This document shows positions 62,767-64,000 of a DNA stretch of 64,000 nucleotides, in pieces. The DNA lies in the NCBI GenBank assembly GCA_044228435.1, contig JBGAUW010000003.1:215933-279932 (forward strand). The letters run 5' to 3'. The notes beneath the pieces were generated by a model. The model was not told the DNA's origin and ran no database searches. It worked only from the letters and a program-made list of their open reading frames with translations. Within the stretch, counting starts at the first letter, position 1. Every line of letters starts with the position of its first letter. Made by a program: the position numbers and the translations under genes. Source of the stretch: Chitinophagales bacterium. GTDB lineage: Bacteria > Bacteroidota > Bacteroidia > Chitinophagales > LD1.

Positions 62767-64000
62767 TTAAGCGAAGAAGCTTGCAACCCACTGTATAAAC
62801 GAAGTTGTTTCGTGGTTGTTAACGGCTATAAGCGGAGCGATAGTTAAACCTACCAGCGATGAAAGCTTGATTAAGATGTTCATAGATGGACCCGAAGTAT
62901 CTTTGAAAGGATCGCCTACAGTATCACCTACCACAGCAGCTTTGTGCGGTTCAGATTTTTTGTAGAAGGTTTCTTTCTTTCCGTTTACTTCAATCTCTAC
63001 ACCTTTCTCAAATGATTTTTTAGCGTTATCCCATGCACCACCGGCATTGTTTTGGAAGATAGCCCAAAGCACACCGCTAACGGTTACACCGGCCATGTAA
63101 GCACCTAATGCCTCAGCACCCATACCTACACCCACTAAAATAGGAGTAACGATAGTAATAACACCCGGCGCTAACATTTCGCGCAAAGCGGCTTTGGTAG
63201 AAATTTCAACACACTTTTCGTAATCCGGTTTACCGGTTCCTTCTAATATGCCCGGTATTTCGCGGAACTGGCGGCGAACTTCGTTCACCATATCCATAGC
63301 CGCTTTACCCACGCTGTTCATAGCAAGGGCCGAGAAAACTACCGGAATCATACCACCCACAAACAAGGCAGCCAATACCTTCGCATCGAAGATATTGATA
63401 CCATGAATACCGGTAAGTGTTACATAAGCTGCAAAAAGCGCAAGGGCTGTTAATGCCGCCGATGCAATAGCAAAACCTTTTCCTACCGCTGCAGTTGTGT
63501 TACCTACTGAATCTAATACGTCGGTTTTTTCGCGAACCTCTTTAGGCAATTCACTCATTTCGGCAATACCACCTGCGTTATCGGCAATAGGGCCAAAGGC
63601 GTCAACTGCTAATTGCATAGCCGTAGTAGCCATCATAGCCGAAGCGGCTATACCCACACCGTAGAAACCAGCCAATGCATAAGCGCCCCAAATAGCGGCT
63701 GCAAAAATGATAACCGGGAATGCTGTAGAAAGCATACCGGTTCCTAAACCTGCAATAATGTTAGTTGCTGCACCGGTAGCCGATTTTTGAACGATATCAC
63801 GAACCGGTTTGCCACCAAGCCCTGTATAGTACTCCGTAATGTAAGAGATTAAGTAACCTACTACCATACCAATACAAACAGCGAAGAATACATTTAAAGA
63901 TGAAGTGGTAATTACGCTGAATTCGCCTGCGTTAAAAGCACTCATTTGTATAGTTTCCGGCAACATCAATTTAATTAAGCCGAAAGAAGCAGCTAAAGCC
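62767..64000 (-). CDS. hppA: membrane-bound (H+/Na+)-translocating pyrophosphatase, C-terminal ~410 aa (5' end beyond window)
   Basis: Motifs [27 protein letters not shown] and [11 protein letters not shown]. The frame stays open to position 64000 (..[15 protein letters not shown]..). Confidence 0.9.
   Translation of the reverse strand, partial: ALAASFGLIKLMLPETIQMSAFNAGEFSVITTSSLNVFFAVCIGMVVGYLISYITEYYTGLGGKPVRDIVQKSATGAATNIIAGLGTGMLSTAFPVIIFAAAIWGAYALAGFYGVGIAASAMMATTAMQLAVDAFGPIADNAGGIAEMSELPKEVREKTDVLDSVGNTTAAVGKGFAIASAALTALALFAAYVTLTGIHGINIFDAKVLAALFVGGMIPVVFSALAMNSVGKAAMDMVNEVRRQFREIPGILEGTGKPDYEKCVEISTKAALREMLAPGVITIVTPILVGVGMGAEALGAYMAGVTVSGVLWAIFQNNAGGAWDNAKKSFEKGVEIEVNGKKETFYKKSEPHKAAVVGDTVGDPFKDTSGPSMNILIKLSSLVGLTIAPLIAVNNHETTSFIQWVASFFA

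Noticed and set aside
1-64000. Searched for integrases, transposases, IS inverted repeats, phage genes, toxin-antitoxin or defence-system signatures around the T9SS island and the sterol cluster
   Set aside because: No ORF shows recombinase, transposase or nuclease/ATPase defence motifs. The island boundaries have no direct repeats that I could detect by eye.

Overview
This 64-kb window is chromosomal DNA from a Bacteroidota-type genome. The evidence is T9SS type A and type B C-terminal sorting domains, gliding-motility-style adhesins and TAnnTTTG-like promoter boxes. I count about 45 protein-coding genes. Reading by eye, I found no rRNA, tRNA, CRISPR array, integrase or transposase. The left third (1-22 kb) holds housekeeping genes (murA, grpE-dnaJ, radA, trmB). 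These are mixed with an ECF sigma/anti-sigma pair, an AraC regulator, an orphan TPR histidine kinase and a secreted collagen-like protein of about 85 Gly-X-Y triplets. It also holds a 62-aa mini-protein that consists only of a signal peptide, a poly-Pro run and a P-I-D/TM/basic C-terminal sorting-type signal. The middle (22-50.6 kb) is a dense island of seven T9SS cargo genes. They include a Kazal-like protein, a dockerin/cohesin-like protein, a PKD protein, and a 2040-aa adhesin with 11 tandem 219-bp repeats. They also include an 1188-aa type-B protein and an operon of an S8 peptidase and a 7-repeat protein. The right end holds rsmA, an M17 aminopeptidase and pdxA, followed by the most notable system, a compact eukaryote-like sterol biosynthesis cluster. 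In it an oxidosqualene cyclase (DCTAE motif, cycloartenol-type Y/H/I residues) is divergent from squalene synthase plus squalene epoxidase. An ERG3/ERG25-like hydroxylase lies 2.6 kb away and an EGF-like lipoprotein is next door. The window ends inside a membrane pyrophosphatase gene. All functional calls come from motif recognition in the supplied translations. No database search was run.
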